In this document: piece by piece, positions 1-13,800 of the stretch | Layout: the number at the start of each line of letters is the position of its first letter | Position numbering within the stretch: position 1 is the stretch's first letter | Source: Lingula anatina | Lineage: Eukaryota > Animalia > Brachiopoda | DNA: 64,000 nucleotides | Assembly: GCA_051362555.1 (NCBI GenBank) | Contig: CM120642.1 | Location: forward strand, 7,006,001 to 7,070,000 | Direction: 5' to 3' | The notes under the pieces: model-generated | What the model was told of the DNA's origin: nothing | The model's database searches: none | The model's input: the letters and a program-made list of their open reading frames with translations, nothing else | Program-made: the position numbers and the translations under genes

Positions 1-242
1 ACTTAGAACCTCCACGGGCTTGAAGACCCATGCTAGTCACATTTTCCGAAAATCCATGATACATATATTTTATTATGTACAGACACAGATATGTATGTAC
101 ATATTGCCATCACCTGCGCCTGTCGTCGCCGTCAGCGATCATGTCGCCGTCACTGTTGCCGTGCACTTTCAGAGTTAACACCATAAGTGGAAGACAGTTT
201 TACTTTTTGGCTTTATATTTACAGAGCTGATGAGTATTCATA

Positions 243-625
243 AAACGCAGGTCAAGTTCGAAAATAAGCATGATCGGGCCATTATTGTAGAAGTTATGCT
301 TTCTTTTTACTTTTCAGCATATATGCAACATCGTTAACACATTTCAATAAAAACCGATAGGCCTGTTGTCATGAAACTCATAGGGGTAATCAATCTTACT
401 AAAACGCAGGTCAAGTTCGAAAATCGGCATGATCGGGCCACTATTTTAGTAGTTATGCTGTTTTTTTCACTTTTCAGCATATGTGCAACACTGATAACAC
501 ATTTCAAGGAAAACCGATAGACCTGTTGTCATGAAACTCACAGGAGTAATCAATCTTACTAAAACGTAGGTCAAGTTCGAAAATCAGCATAATCGGGCCA
601 TTATTTTATAAGTTATGCTGTTTTT
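243..625. repeat. ~160-bp tandem repeat (about 2.5 units), resembling the internal satellite of Helentron/HINE-type elements
   Basis: aaaacg(c/t)aggtcaagttcgaaaat...atcgggcc recurs at ~243, 401 and 561; preceded by a (gtcgcc)-rich tract at ~120-160. Confidence 0.75.
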
Positions 626-1029
626 AAACATTTCCTCAGATTCAATTCTTAGGCATGTTAACAGTCTCATTATTTAACTAATAAGATTCGTAAAAGTGTT
701 TGTTTGACATTTCCTGCATCTTTACAACATTGTTAGTTGATTATGTAAAAATGATGGTAAACTTGTTATCATGTATTGTATAATAGTGTTTCACAAATGG
801 AAATAAACTCATATCATTGCAGTTTGTCAGATTCATTCATTCACTATGTTCAGAAACTCAGAATGGAGGAAATTGGACATTAAACACTGTTCTATTGATA
901 TTTTTCCCATCTCATCAATTATCTTAGTTGATCATATATAAATGGTAGTAAATTGTTAATTTTGTTATATGTTAAAAAATTGTTAAAAATGGAAAAAAAC
1001 ACATTTCAGGACAGTGCTGTCTTGTCTAC

Positions 1030-2110
1030 ATTTTGGCATTTTCAAGGTGTGACTTTGAAGTTCCTTTGGCCTAAAGACCTTTGCTAGGAACATTTTCTGA
1101 ATATCCATGATACTAATATTTTATTATTAAAAATTGATGGTAATTATCCTGTTAAACATTATGTAATAGTGCATCAAAATTTGAGGACACCCCTATTTTG
1201 GACACTGCTCCCATGATGACCATTTAAGGAAAACCATGTCACTTACTGTTCTCAAACTTACAGGAAGAAACATGGGACTTAAATAAAGCTTCAGTGGGCA
1301 ATGCAGACTATTTGGTAAATTTTTTTGGCAGTTAATCAGTTTTTTGTGAAAATTTAATTTTTCACATATTGGCATTTTCAAGGTGTGACTTAGAACCTCC
1401 ACGAGCTTGAAGACCCATGCTAATCACATTTTCTGAAAATCCACGATACGGATCTTTTATTATTAAAAACTGATGGTCATTATGCTGTTAAGCATTATGT
1501 AATATTGCATTAAAATAGAAGAAAACACAATTTTGGGTGCTGCTGCCATGATGACCATTATGGGAAAACCATGTTACTTATGATTGTCAAACTTTCAAAA
1601 AAGAAACAAAGGACTAAAATGCAGCCTGAGTTGGAAAAGCAGTCTAATTGGCTTCTTTTTCTGGAAGTTAAACATTTTAGTGAAATATTCATTTTTATCA
1701 TGTTGGCATATTCATTGTGGGACTCGAAGCTCCCATGGACATGAAGCCAAATGGTAATCAAATTTTCTACATGTCCATGCTATTTATAGTCAATAATCAA
1801 AAATTGGTGATAATTATTCTGTAATTTATTATGTAATGTTACATCAAAATTGACAAAAATCTTTTTCCACTGCTACTACAAACATTATGAAAAGAAAACT
1901 ATGTTACTTATTATTATTTTCAACTTACAAGTATGATTTGTAGGATTGGCATGCAGTTCAAATTAGAAAGCCAGCTCAAATGGGTTATCATTTATTATTG
2001 AATTTAAGCAGTTTTATGTGAAATTTTCATTTTTCTCATTCTGGCATTTTCAAAGTGTGAACTTAAACTCCCATGGGCCTGAAGCCTTACGCTTGTTACA
2101 CATTTCACTT
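1030..2110. repeat. Diverged ~335-bp tandem repeat; a further unit fragment at 1-62
   Basis: ggcattttcaaggtgtgact..gaa..tcc...gaagaccc motif recurs at ~1051, 1389, 1721 and 2060; 1-62 closely matches 1389-1450. Confidence 0.65.
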
Positions 2111-2469
2111 ACATTGGTATTACCTGTTGAGCATAATTAAAATTTGATGTTGAATTTGCAGTTAAGCATAATGTACCTTTGCATCAGAATTGACAGTAGC
2201 CTGTTTTGTGCATTGTTATTGTCTGCTTTTTGTCTGTACATTTGACAGCTTTGCTGCCTTGTTTGTTTTGTTTTGTCACTTCTGTATTAATGCAGCTTTT
2301 AAAGGGCGAAGAGCAAACCTGTTATAAAAGATTATGTGATGTTGGCTAATACTGCATGTTGAATGCTGATAACCATCAAAAATATAAAAAAAGAAGATTT
2401 GCTGTCTAATTATTGTAGACCTAATCGTAAACGACTACGAATAAAAGCCATTTTTATTCTACGTTTGTT

Positions 2470-2640
2470 TAAGGGGCATTCTCGGAGATCGGATAAGACC
2501 TCCACGACTTTAACTACCAATCCTGTAAGTATAGCTTTCGTTTTACGGGGTGCATCCACCCGTTTCAAAGAACTGGAATAACGGATTGTACGCGTCTTCT
2601 CTACAACAATCTTGATGCTTTCACCAGACGTGTATTTCAC
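2470..2640 (+). mobile_element. Possible decayed LINE (CR1/L2-like) ORF2 3' remnant
   Basis: Frameshifted translation gives K-Y-S-F-R-F-T-G...W-N, resembling the SFxxxGxxxWN motif at LINE ORF2 ends; followed by GT/CA repeats. Confidence 0.3.
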
Positions 2641-2877
2641 ATACAGTGGCGATTCAATATGGTACAATGATTTATTACTTTGTGCATCTTGACTCAGTGT
2701 GTTCTTGTACGTGTGTGTGTTAGTGTGTATGTGTGAGTTTGTGTGACACACACACACACACACACACAAAAGAATGCGTACATTTTGCTCTGTAGCTACA
2801 TACCATAGCTACATAGTTTACATAGATAAAATAGAAGTTTCTGTGTCTCTTTCGTTATAAATTAGTATCTTTTGTAG

Positions 2878-3897
2878 GCGCGCACACCACAATCACCCAG
2901 GCATGTGCAAGTCCCGGAGACGCCGGAGACCATGGTCCAGTGGAATCGATTAAAAGAGGGTCAAACTGAGGTTAGCGGGTACCTTTTGTGAACGCCCATG
3001 CTCACCTTTTTTAAAAGGGGCATCTTACAAAGTTAGTGATTATGTGCCATACATGCATGTGGTCAATTTGAATTTTTGATCAATGTAAACAGTTTTTGAA
3101 GTAGTTCTTGAATAAATGATATATATCTTAAACTAAAAGTTAAAAGTTATCTTTATTTATTTTAGTTGCAGGAAAAAACTGAAGTGCGGAAAGAATTAAT
3201 AAGTAACCACAATAGTGAGGTAAGACCAACATTTAGCTTAACGCTGTCTGCTTTTCAAAATTAACTCATGCGCTAGGTATGTAAGTACAGCGAAACTAGT
3301 GCAAATGTACAAATTATTCCATCGATCCCAGATGTGTCATTTAAGAATCTACCTCCCCATGCGCGGAAGACGTCGAGATTAACGAAGGAGTCGGAACTTG
3401 ACAAAACCAAGGTAGGCTTAGAATCTAATCTACTGTTCTGTTATCTTCAAGGCAGGTTCTCCAATTGGAGAGGGGAGGAAGACGTGACAGCTTCAGCACT
3501 ACTTGTACATCCCTTTAGATAAGCCCCCTTTACACTAGGCGGCATCCTTCCTGCGTCCAGTATTAAGGCCCCGTTTGAGAATAAAAAATCTTACTTTATG
3601 TGCCGACAACTGACTGATCATTGAGCATTCATTCTGCAACCAAAACGATGCTTGTGCATTCTTTCTACGACAACAGTTTTAATGGTCGCACAAAGGACGC
3701 AGGAACGACGCGTCCAGTGTAAAAGGGGTTACCCGTGATGTATTCAAAATATCTTGCAAAATATACTAGAATTCATCATTGTAATTGTTTAATTGTTTCT
3801 TTCCTAGGATGACGACACATCTCATAAATCAGACACGCCAAATGATGTTGTTGATTTTGACGGCGAACCAACAGACAAGGCTAGCTGTACAGAATGA
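2878..3897 (+). CDS. Putative 3' exons of an unidentified gene entering from upstream (2878-2970, 3166-3219, 3808-3897)
   Basis: Three AG/GT-bounded phase-0 exons join in frame (ARTPQSPRHVQVPETPE.., LQEKTEVRKE.., DDDTSHKS..CTE*); AATAAA at ~4291 and ~4448; no recognisable domain. Confidence 0.4.
3524..3728. mobile_element. MITE, PIF/Harbinger-like
   Basis: Imperfect TIRs cccctttacactaggcggcatccttcctgcgtcc / ggacgcaggaacgacgcgtccagtgtaaaagggg; TAA and TTA flanks. Confidence 0.65.
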
Positions 3898-4833
3898 AAA
3901 TACGGAAAATGTAAGCGATCGTTGAAACCGGCAATTAAAAACAAAGACGAGTCCAGGACGGTTTATGTATATCGGAAGGATTTCATCATGGAATTCCCCT
4001 CTTGCATCTTCGCAATAATCTACACTGCATCCTGAATTATTTAATGCAGTCTTATAATTCGACAGGTTCTTATCTAGTGAATTAGCTTCTCTTAAATCTA
4101 TTAAACGATGTGTTTGAAAGCTGGTTCCCAAAAGGTTAACTGAAACCGCATGAATATAGTATGACTGTGAACGTCTTATTTCATCTTTAGAACAAAACAA
4201 TAGCTACTAGTAGTCTGTTAGATGAAAACTAGGAAACACTTGTGAATCTGTTGACAAAACGTGACGAGAGAGAGAAGGGGAAGGTAAAGCAATAAAATGA
4301 GTGGAATTTACGTTCCACTGTTTGGAACGTATGTTGTATCCTACACACTAGGCCCTATATGTCTTTAGACGAAAGGACCAGATGGTACCTTATTGGATTT
4401 TTTTAAATTATATTTCATTACGATGTTTATGCATGCGTAAGAATTCAGAATAAATCACATCTTTGTTTCACCATCATTTTCTCTTAAAAGCGTGTTAATA
4501 CCTCTCCATACTACTTTGCGTCGTATTTAGACCCACATCATTTCAGTTGGAAAATGCCGTAACAAATAAAATTGATTAAAAATGCTACTTCCGTTGATGC
4601 ATGAAAAAGAACGACATGGAGGAATTTCCTTTACATCGGCGCAATATTCTCGAAAATGACAAAGCTTAGCTTTATTGTGAAGTTCACCAATATATTTTGA
4701 CGATTATAGATGGAACTGATATTTCACATGATATTTCACATGATATTTCACATGAGATTTTAAAACAGTTGATTCCAACATCGATGGACAGTCAGAACTG
4801 TCTTTCAATTCTAGAGGGCGTTGAAAACGCATG

Positions 4834-7800
4834 TTACCCAACCAATAACTCAGACACTGTAACTCCTTCGCTGCACTTCCGGTTCCAAAAGGTCAATTTT
4901 CCAATTCCTGAAACTTCTTCGGATTTGCAACAAAGATATGCCTCAGAAGCATAGGTACTCAGTTCCTGGCCGCAATCGCTTCCGGGATTAAAGAAAACCA
5001 CGACACGTTTACCCGGTGGGTCAATGTCATGGTTGTAAGTCTCGCACATAACTTGTCCCATGGTTTTATTAACGTTCTTACCGGCACTGTTTTCCACTAG
5101 GAGCTCGGTGTCGAACCCCAGGTTGTCGCCGATGATGATCTTAGACAGGCGTTCGCAGTCAGCGGGGCAGTTTCGTAGAACCCTCAAGCATGTCAGCAAG
5201 TCGTCGGTGTCAACAATAGCGCGACGGCGCGTGTTGTAGAAGTCGGGGTACTTGTCAGTTATAACGTAAGCGGCACTTTCATTTCCGTATATGTCAGTGG
5301 CCCACAAGGTCTTGTGCCCGTAGATGAGGGTTGGGAGATCGAATAGAATAGAGCCTAAAGTTGTGCCCGTGGTCTCCGCTCTAAGTCTGCATTGGCATCT
5401 AGTTAAAAGGAAACATTAAATGTTTTTGGGAAATATACAGTATTATGCGGAGTGTTCATAGGTTTCTTACTAAAAATGAATAAATAAATAAAATTAAAAT
5501 AGCTATTCGTTTCTAATTTCAGAATAGTTCGCCTTGTAGGGAAGTTGTTTAGATAAAATTTTTGGAAAATATAATATTTAGTCCCTATTTAGACAAGTCG
5601 AAGTGCCACTTTTTGCAAATTGTCCAACTTCTTCTAGTATACTGTCGATATGAAAAGAAAAAAAAGCACCCCAGGGCAATGGTTTCTGTGCAAATGCTAT
5701 TGACAGCAGCCGTTTCTGTAGCCCCTGCGGTGTCAATTTTGGAAGTGGTTGTTGGTGATTGTGTGGCGCCAAAGCCAAGCAGATTCAGGGAGAGAGAGAA
5801 TATGCGGCTGTAGTCTATAATAACAGGTATCAGATTGTGGGGTTAAAAATAAATAGCATACCTTTATTGCATGCAAACGTGGCGTTTCTAGGGCATCCCA
5901 TGGTACCCCCAACAACTACGACGGTGGTACAACAGGTAAATGGCAACTGCACTACCTTACGTATACATTTATGGGTAGAAATAAATTTGAGTTGTGCGAA
6001 AAAGGGTGCTGTCATACAAATTTTGTAAAATATTAGTACAAACCTTCTTGTTTGAGTATTCATAGGCGTTTCATCTACAAAAAATAAAATGATTGTAAAC
6101 TGGATAACATGTAAATGATTCAGCTACAATGATCAAGGGACACAATAAAAATTATATCAAAAAATAACATTTCTGCGGGATTCTTTACCATTACGGCCTT
6201 ACCACACAGTCTCAGCAGGAAAATGTATCTGGTACAACGCAGATATAAGCTGTGTATTGGGATGCTCAGTAGATAAAGTAATATCATCCATATGGTTTAC
6301 ACGTTTTGTTTTGAATCACTTGAAAGATTTCAAGCATTTTACACAGTGCAGCCTTCTTTGTGGTCTTAAAAAAGGAGCAACATAGATACAGTCATACCTT
6401 TGCATACCATACCATCGCCCTCGAAACCCTTGTTACATACGCACTGGTATGAGCCAGGTGTGTTGATACATGTAGCGTTTTGGGAACAAGGGTTGCCTTT
6501 ACATTCATTTGCATCTTGATCTGGAGGGTTAAGATGACAGAAAAGAAAATGTTACTATTATTTATTAAAAATAATCGCACAGATGCCTGCACGCATTCGC
6601 ATACAATGTTTTATTTTGTACCAAAAAGATGAAATGCTGCTGAAGACATCTGACCGAAATTGACGTCGAAAGTGTGTATTAGGGACCGTTCACAATGAGT
6701 TTTGTCGACCTAGCTTTACCCACTATTTTCACAGGGACTCTCAATTAATGCAATCAGACTAACAGACTAACACGCCGCCTGGCGTTGAGTAGATGATATG
6801 GAAGCTGGTGATTATACGAGTATGTTGGAAATAAGAGGAGGTGTTTTAGTCTGTTTATCTGACTGCATTCAACGAGACTTCCCATGAAGCTAGTGCGCAT
6901 TAGCTAGGTCGACTAGCTTTAGTGTACATGTAAACGGCCCCTTAGCTACCACCAAAAGGTAAGTGTTCTTACCACAGGTCAACTTGTCGTCGCCAAGTTC
7001 CAACCCAGAAGGACAAATGCAGATGGCACCATTATCGCTTTCATTACAATAATGGCTGCAGCCGCCATTGTTGATGTTGCAAGTAGAAACTGTAATAAAA
7101 AGGTTTATGCTTCATCCTTGCTTGCTTACACAGCAGTGGAAGTTCAATGAATCTGCTCTTAACCTGAGTAGTTGTGAAATATTTTGCCTGGTTCCTTCTG
7201 ACATATTCCACATTAAATTGACAACCCCCATAATTTTCATTCACTTCAAACTAGCATATATAGGATAATTTTGCAATTTACAAAACACATAAAGAAAAGT
7301 AAAAATTAAACATCAGGCTTTCTTAACTGGCACCAAACACGGATAAATGTCATTATCATTTGCGTTACTCACTACATGTGTTGTTGTCTCGTCCTAAAAT
7401 CAAACTTGCAGGGCATTTGCAGGTTACGTCACCTTGGCCATCGTCTGTACAAAAATGACTGCATCCACCATTGTTGTACAAGCATGGTGAAACTAAATAA
7501 AATCAAGATCCAAATCTTTGTAAAGCAGCATCTTCCCTAAGATCCCACAAAGACGTTTATATTCTTCCAACGTGGATTTCAATTGTTTCTCATGTAGATC
7601 TTTCGCACAAAATCAGAGATCAGGGGCGGATCCAGGATTATTTGAAGGGGGGTCCGCCGATGCGAAGCAGACACCCCCCACCCCTTGGCGTCGGTTTCGG
7701 GGCCCTTCATATGGTTTTATAGTGGGCGTTTAGAACTATGATTCAGCCAGTTAAAATTTAATGTTAAGAGGGGTCCATTGGATTTTCCGAAATTGAAAGA

Positions 7801-10800
7801 CCCCCCCCCCCCCTCCAAATCCGCCACTGGAGATAAACTGTACTTTGGTCTTCCTTACTTTGTAACGGCTTGGTCTTGATCTTTGATACTTTTTTAAAGC
7901 ATTACAACGTAACCTCAAGGGGATTGCTTGAATTTGTCAAAGACAAAATATTTGTCCTGCAACAGTTGTAAGTTGGTGTACGAGCCTTTATCACCTTGGA
8001 ATTCAAGAGTCTCTGGAAACTCACCTGTGTTACCTTTTGTCTGTTTCTGAAAAGCACAGAGGCATGCTGATAGTGACGTGAGTTTCCAGTGACCTGTAGA
8101 GCTCAGGGTGGCAATTGAATGATTATGATGATTGTAAAGCAACCGCTTTTTACGGAGCCCTGCAGGGGTCACTCAAATTTGTTTTATCTCGAGCGCTCAA
8201 CTTACTATCTCGAGCGTCCGACTTACTAGGGAGGTTTCACTATCCCGGCCCGAGAACTAGCCCGTCGAGAACAATTCTCGTTCCCGATCTCGGGGCCTAC
8301 ATGACCATACAGGGTTTCGCATTCCCGACCCGAGAAATCTGGCAGAATTATTCAGATTTATGCAAAATTTTTGGTCACGCGCCACCTATTATTTAAAAAA
8401 TAACTTAAACCCCTAGGCTGTGCTGCTTTTGAGTGGTATATTTTTGGTCTTTATCTGTTTTTGCTAATAGGGATGAATAGGAAAATGCTAAAAAGCCTAC
8501 CCTTATTTGCCATTCCTTCCAAGGCCCGTTTTCTAATCACTTCCACCTGTTTTACAAGTTCACGATCTTTGTCTTTACTGAGTCCCAAAGATTGGCCTTT
8601 CTCGATCAGCGCTCCGACATCCAGCGCCTGGTTCTCGGAATCCGTCAACGAGAACGCGAAAACAAGCGCAAAAAGTGATGACGTTATACGCAATTTCTTC
8701 AAATTATCAGCGCGCCGGGATAGCGAAACCTCCCTCTTATCTCGAGCGCCCGACTTACTCTATCTCGAGCGCCCGACTTACTAACTCGGGTAAGTTAGTA
8801 AGTCGAGCGCTCGAGATAGTAAGTCGAGTGCTCGAGATAAAAAAAGAGTGACCCCTACGGGGCTACGTAGTTTTTCAATGTAGGTACTAAATGCTTTCCA
8901 CTTGGATGATACCATTTTGTTGGAGGTTATATGAAATGCAGTGGCCTCAAACTTACCACAAGTTGCTCCATCTACAGCCAGTACAAGATGATGTGGACAA
9001 CTGCATGAGGCACCGTTAGCGTTACTCTCATTGCTCCTACATATGTGACTGCAACCGCCATTGTTGATTTCACACGCCGATACTGAAATAAAACACTATG
9101 TTTCACGAGTTTTTCTCTTACGGCATCTTTAGGCCCATACAGTACATGTATATGGATAATCTTAGTGCTCACTACAGACAGAAGAGCTGTTTGTGTGTAT
9201 ATTTGACATATATTGCAACAGAATATTACACAACTGAACACATAAATACAGAGGATTCACATTCAGGCATTTTACAGAACTTACAGCACGTTCTTCCATC
9301 AGTTGCCAAACTCAGACCAGTCGGACATGTGCATTGTGCTACGCCGTCTTGATTCTCACAGCCACCAGTACACGTGCTGTTCATGCAGGGATCGCTTGTG
9401 TCTGTGGCTGGAAGGGTGGAACATAAGAAATATTGGTGCCCAAATATTATACAAAATATCAAAGTGGAATCATTGTGTTTAAAATACTACATAAAATGTC
9501 AACGTGGATAATTAGTGCCGTGTCACGTGACAGAGAGTCCCCCATGCTAGAGAGACCGCTTCCCATCCATTTGTACAGGTGAGCCTCGCCCTAGATTTTG
9601 ACCCACCTAGGCCAAAATAAAGCTAACCATTATAATAATATGAAGGGCGAACTTTCTGTTACACGGACCCCAAGTTTCGATACACCGGCAATACTATTTG
9701 AATTATCAAATCTGATACATGGTACTGATAATACTACATGCAACACTCCCTTGGAGTTCTGACCATGAATTCAGTCACTGATGGCATTAACGCCATTGTC
9801 CATTGTGACTACCAATATTCAATTGACTGAAAACCTACCACCACAGAAGACTCGATTGTTCCAAAACTGGAGATACGGAAGTTTGTACACAAAATATCCT
9901 CCAGGACATTTTTTCACCTTTGCAACATCAAAGGTAAAGTAGTTGTCAGATGGGCAGCAATACCGGCTCTCTGTGGAGCTAGATGAACTTTTTCTGGTAC
10001 AAATCTTGCGCTCCACAATGCCATCTATTATGTTCGGATGACCGCCAGTCAGCCACATGGGGTAATTTCCACCACAATGATTATATGTTGGACACTACGG
10101 GACAAACAGATAAATAATGACATTTTGCCACATATCCCACGTACTTGTAGTAGTAAATGAATTAAGAAATAGCATATTTCTGAGAGCTTTTCTAGTTATT
10201 AATATGTAAACAAAGATGCAAGATATGTTGTTACTTATTTGAACTAATTTTGAAGCAATTTCCACGACTGACTCTCGGTTTGAAAATTAACTAGAAAAGC
10301 ACTCCGAGAGCGCAGACCTCCGCCAAGGTAGCGATTTTTGATTATTATTGATTATTGATCCGGATCACCTCTTCACTCTCTTCCATGGCCCACTTCTGAC
10401 AGTTTCTGAAAATTTCATCAAAATCGGTCCATAACTTTTGGAGTTATTTTGATGACAAACAAACAAACAAACAGACAGACAAACAGGGGTGAAAACATAA
10501 CCTCCTTGGCGGAGGTTATTAATGAGAAGATGAGAACAGACATACTGTTATCATGATTGGGCGTTTGTTCCCAGTGGATTTGTCGATAGCAACCTCGACA
10601 AAATAAGTATATGAACAACGAAAATCAAGGACAACAGTGCCTGCAGTATTTTAACAGATATTTGTGTAACTAGGGGGAAATCTGTAAATCTGTTGAAAGG
10701 GATGGGAAATTGCTTGCATTTGTCCCATTTCCCGTTATGCTGTTTTGCAGGAAGGAGAAGAGGGTACCTTATCGAACCGTGATAGCTCCAACCCTAAGCG

Positions 10801-13800
10801 AACGTAAGAAAAAGATGCCTTTGCTTTTATTACATACGGTGTCTGCGATCTTATTTCCAGCTTGTCCTTGAAATCTGTACCAGCCTTCCCAGCTGACGAA
10901 TTCATCACGGTATTTCTGATCAGCTGAGTATCGAACGTTTCGCCATTCCTGGTCAAGCACTCTGTAGTTCAAGCAGGGATCCACTGGAAAGTGTATTCAA
11001 GTAAAGAACACTACTTATTAAATGCTTTTTTAAATACAGTAGTTAGAAGCAGTATTCAAAACACGTACATGTAGCTGACATTGCGCTTTCAAATGACACC
11101 ATGCACTTGAAAATAATTTAATTACATTACAACACTATTCAAGTACAGTGTCCTCTATAGCCGCTCCTTTTTAGACATTAAAAATGAGATTAGAACGACA
11201 TACCGCATGTTTTCCCATCTGATGACAACTCCATACCGTTAGGACAGGAACATACTCTGCTGCCGGTTTCTGTCTTATTACAGATATGGCTGCATCCACC
11301 GTTTTCGTGTGAACATGGGTTTACTGCAAAACAAATATACTATATATAGTAGTATAGGAAACAGTCACAGTTTTTTTACTTCAGTATATAATTTTTAGTT
11401 TTGAAAGCTCCCTATTGTTGTAGAGTTAGCTTAATAAAACTCTTCAGCATATACTTGTGTATGGTGTCTGTTTTTATTTGTAATGAAATTAGCAGAAAAA
11501 TAAATGACCATTCACAACACACGTTCTCTTCGTGTGATTCGTTGTTACCACATACGAGGCAAGAGAAATTTTTTCTCAAATTTCTGGTGATAAGCCAGGA
11601 CAAATGACACGTTTGCCGGTAAAAGTTCAGAACAAGCTGGATATCAGGATATGTGAGAAAACTAGCAATAGATAACCTTCAGCTGGAACTAAATTCAGAG
11701 TAAATGTCACTGTAAGAAACAAGTTGTCTCTACCTGGTATCGTATATGATTCTACGTAAACCCATGTAACTGTACTAACATGTAACTCTACTAGCCAAAT
11801 ACTAGAATTCACATGTACCACAGATATCGCTTGCGTCAGATTTTAAAACATCATTCGGACATGTGCACTGTGCTTGTCCATACTTAGTAACGCAGCCATG
11901 TGTGCAATTGGCATCAAGGCAGGGGTCACGTGTGTCTTTAACTGAAATTTTTCCAAGACAAAAGCACTTTAAGTATTTATTAGATTTAAATTAAGCTTGA
12001 AGTTGGAGTTAAGGGAATTTTCAGAATTAATAAAAAAAAGAATCACCCGTTTTAGTTTAACATTCTGCTCATCCGATGGATTTCACTTATGTCATTTGAA
12101 ATATTGACAATAACAATGAGGACTACTTATGTTTAACTTTAAAACATTGCTATTACTACTCTTAAGATTAATCATAAATACCTCCACAGAAAACTCTGTT
12201 ACATGTGCTTTGTAGAGTGGGAAAGCTGTAAATAAAGTAGCCCCCGGGACATTTCCTCACTTGAACGTATTCTGTATCAACCAATTCACTGTAATAGTTA
12301 CTTGAAGCACAGCAGTCTGTATATGGATACTGGTTATAATTGCTATGATAAGTGCACAATTGCCTTTTTACAACACCGTCCCTTTCCTGTGGGTGACCTC
12401 CATTAATGAACGTTGGCTTGTCACCACCGCAGTTATTTGATGCGCACTAGAAATACAAATGAACTACATATTCTAATGCATTTCAATGTCATTTAAACCC
12501 CGATTAAAACACTTATAAGTGGTACATCTAGTTATTATTTCCTGATAAGACCTAAAACAAGTCTGGATGTTTCTTTCAGAGGGTTGATTGAATAACGTAT
12601 TTATATAAATAGTGTTTGGTAAATTTGAAGAAGTATATTTTGTGTTCTTGATCTCCCATTATATTTCTTTCTTTCGTGGGCAAAGATACATGTATTTCAT
12701 CCATACGTTAAAATAATGTCTTCTGAAACAGGTAATTTTCACTCATTTAAATTTCTCTTATTAGCATGTAAGCAAGAATTGGTTATTTGCCATCACCCAG
12801 CCACGCAACATCCTTGTTCTTTTGGTGTCACAGAGCGAGTGGGGAAGAAGAAAGTGGGCGGTGGTACAAAGGGATTTGGGAAAGTAGGTGATGGAACAGA
12901 GGGATTTGGGAAAGTAGGTGATGGTACGGAGGGGTTGAGGAAAGTAGGTGGTGGCACAGAGGGGCTTGGAAAAGTAGGCAGTGGTACAGAGGGGTTTGGG
13001 AAATAAGTCTCGGTGGCACAGAGGGGTTTGGAAAAGTAGGCAGTGGTACAGACGGGTTTGGGAAAGTAGGTGGCGATACAGAGAGACTTGGGAAAGAAGC
13101 CGGTGGCACAGAGGGTTTGGGAAAATTGGCGGTAGTACAGAGGGGCTTTGGGAAAGCAGGTGGCAGTACAGAGGGGTTTGGGAGAGTAGACGGTGGTACA
13201 GAGGAGAGTGGGAATGAGGCCGGTGGGTTTGGGAAAACAGGCGGTGGCAAGGAGGGGTTTAGGAAAGAAGCCGGTGGCAGAGATGAGCTCACGAACGAAA
13301 ACAACTACAAATATAATATTCTATATTACCACAAAAACGGCAGCTACATGTATAGCAATTAATCTAAAATCTGTGCTTGCCTTCTGACCACGTGACCTCC
13401 ATAGATGGCTATACTCTGTAATAATCTCTTAAGAGATCTCTTAAGAGATTATTTAAAAAAAAATCAAACTTTTAAGAGAAAAAACAGGGATTAAATTTGA
13501 ACGTAGAAATGGATTCATTAACCATTGGTAAGTATGGGAAAATTGTCGTTTACCCCAGGAAAATTAATTTTATTTGGCTAAAATGAAAAGTTGTTATCCC
13601 TTTAAGCGAATTAATTTTTCAAATGTTGTTTTATACATTTTCATGCAATATTATTTTTTCGTTCAGTGTTCATAACAACGGATTTGTGGGTAGTCTTAAA
13701 AACGAAGGAGTTCATTGGCTAATCTCAGAAGTAGAATGGGACTAAAGTATCATCATGCTTACCGAATATTACCCAGCAAACACGTCACGTTCGGATCACG

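Noticed and set aside
3829-4200. 123-aa minus-strand ORF
   Set aside because: It has no motif or splice support and overlaps the putative plus-strand terminal exon and UTR
6637-6675. Second hammerhead-like motif ctgaagacatc...gacgtcgaaag
   Set aside because: Stem II is mismatched and there is no credible cleavage triplet or helix I
8451-8702. 83-aa ORF with a signal-peptide-like start as a standalone secreted gene
   Set aside because: It lies inside a TIR-bounded nested element, starts at a non-ATG codon and is absent from the A2 paralog
12716-13387. Five overlapping Gly-, Pro- or Arg/Trp-rich ORFs
   Set aside because: They are translations of the 30-bp minisatellite inside an intron whose flanking exons join in frame without them
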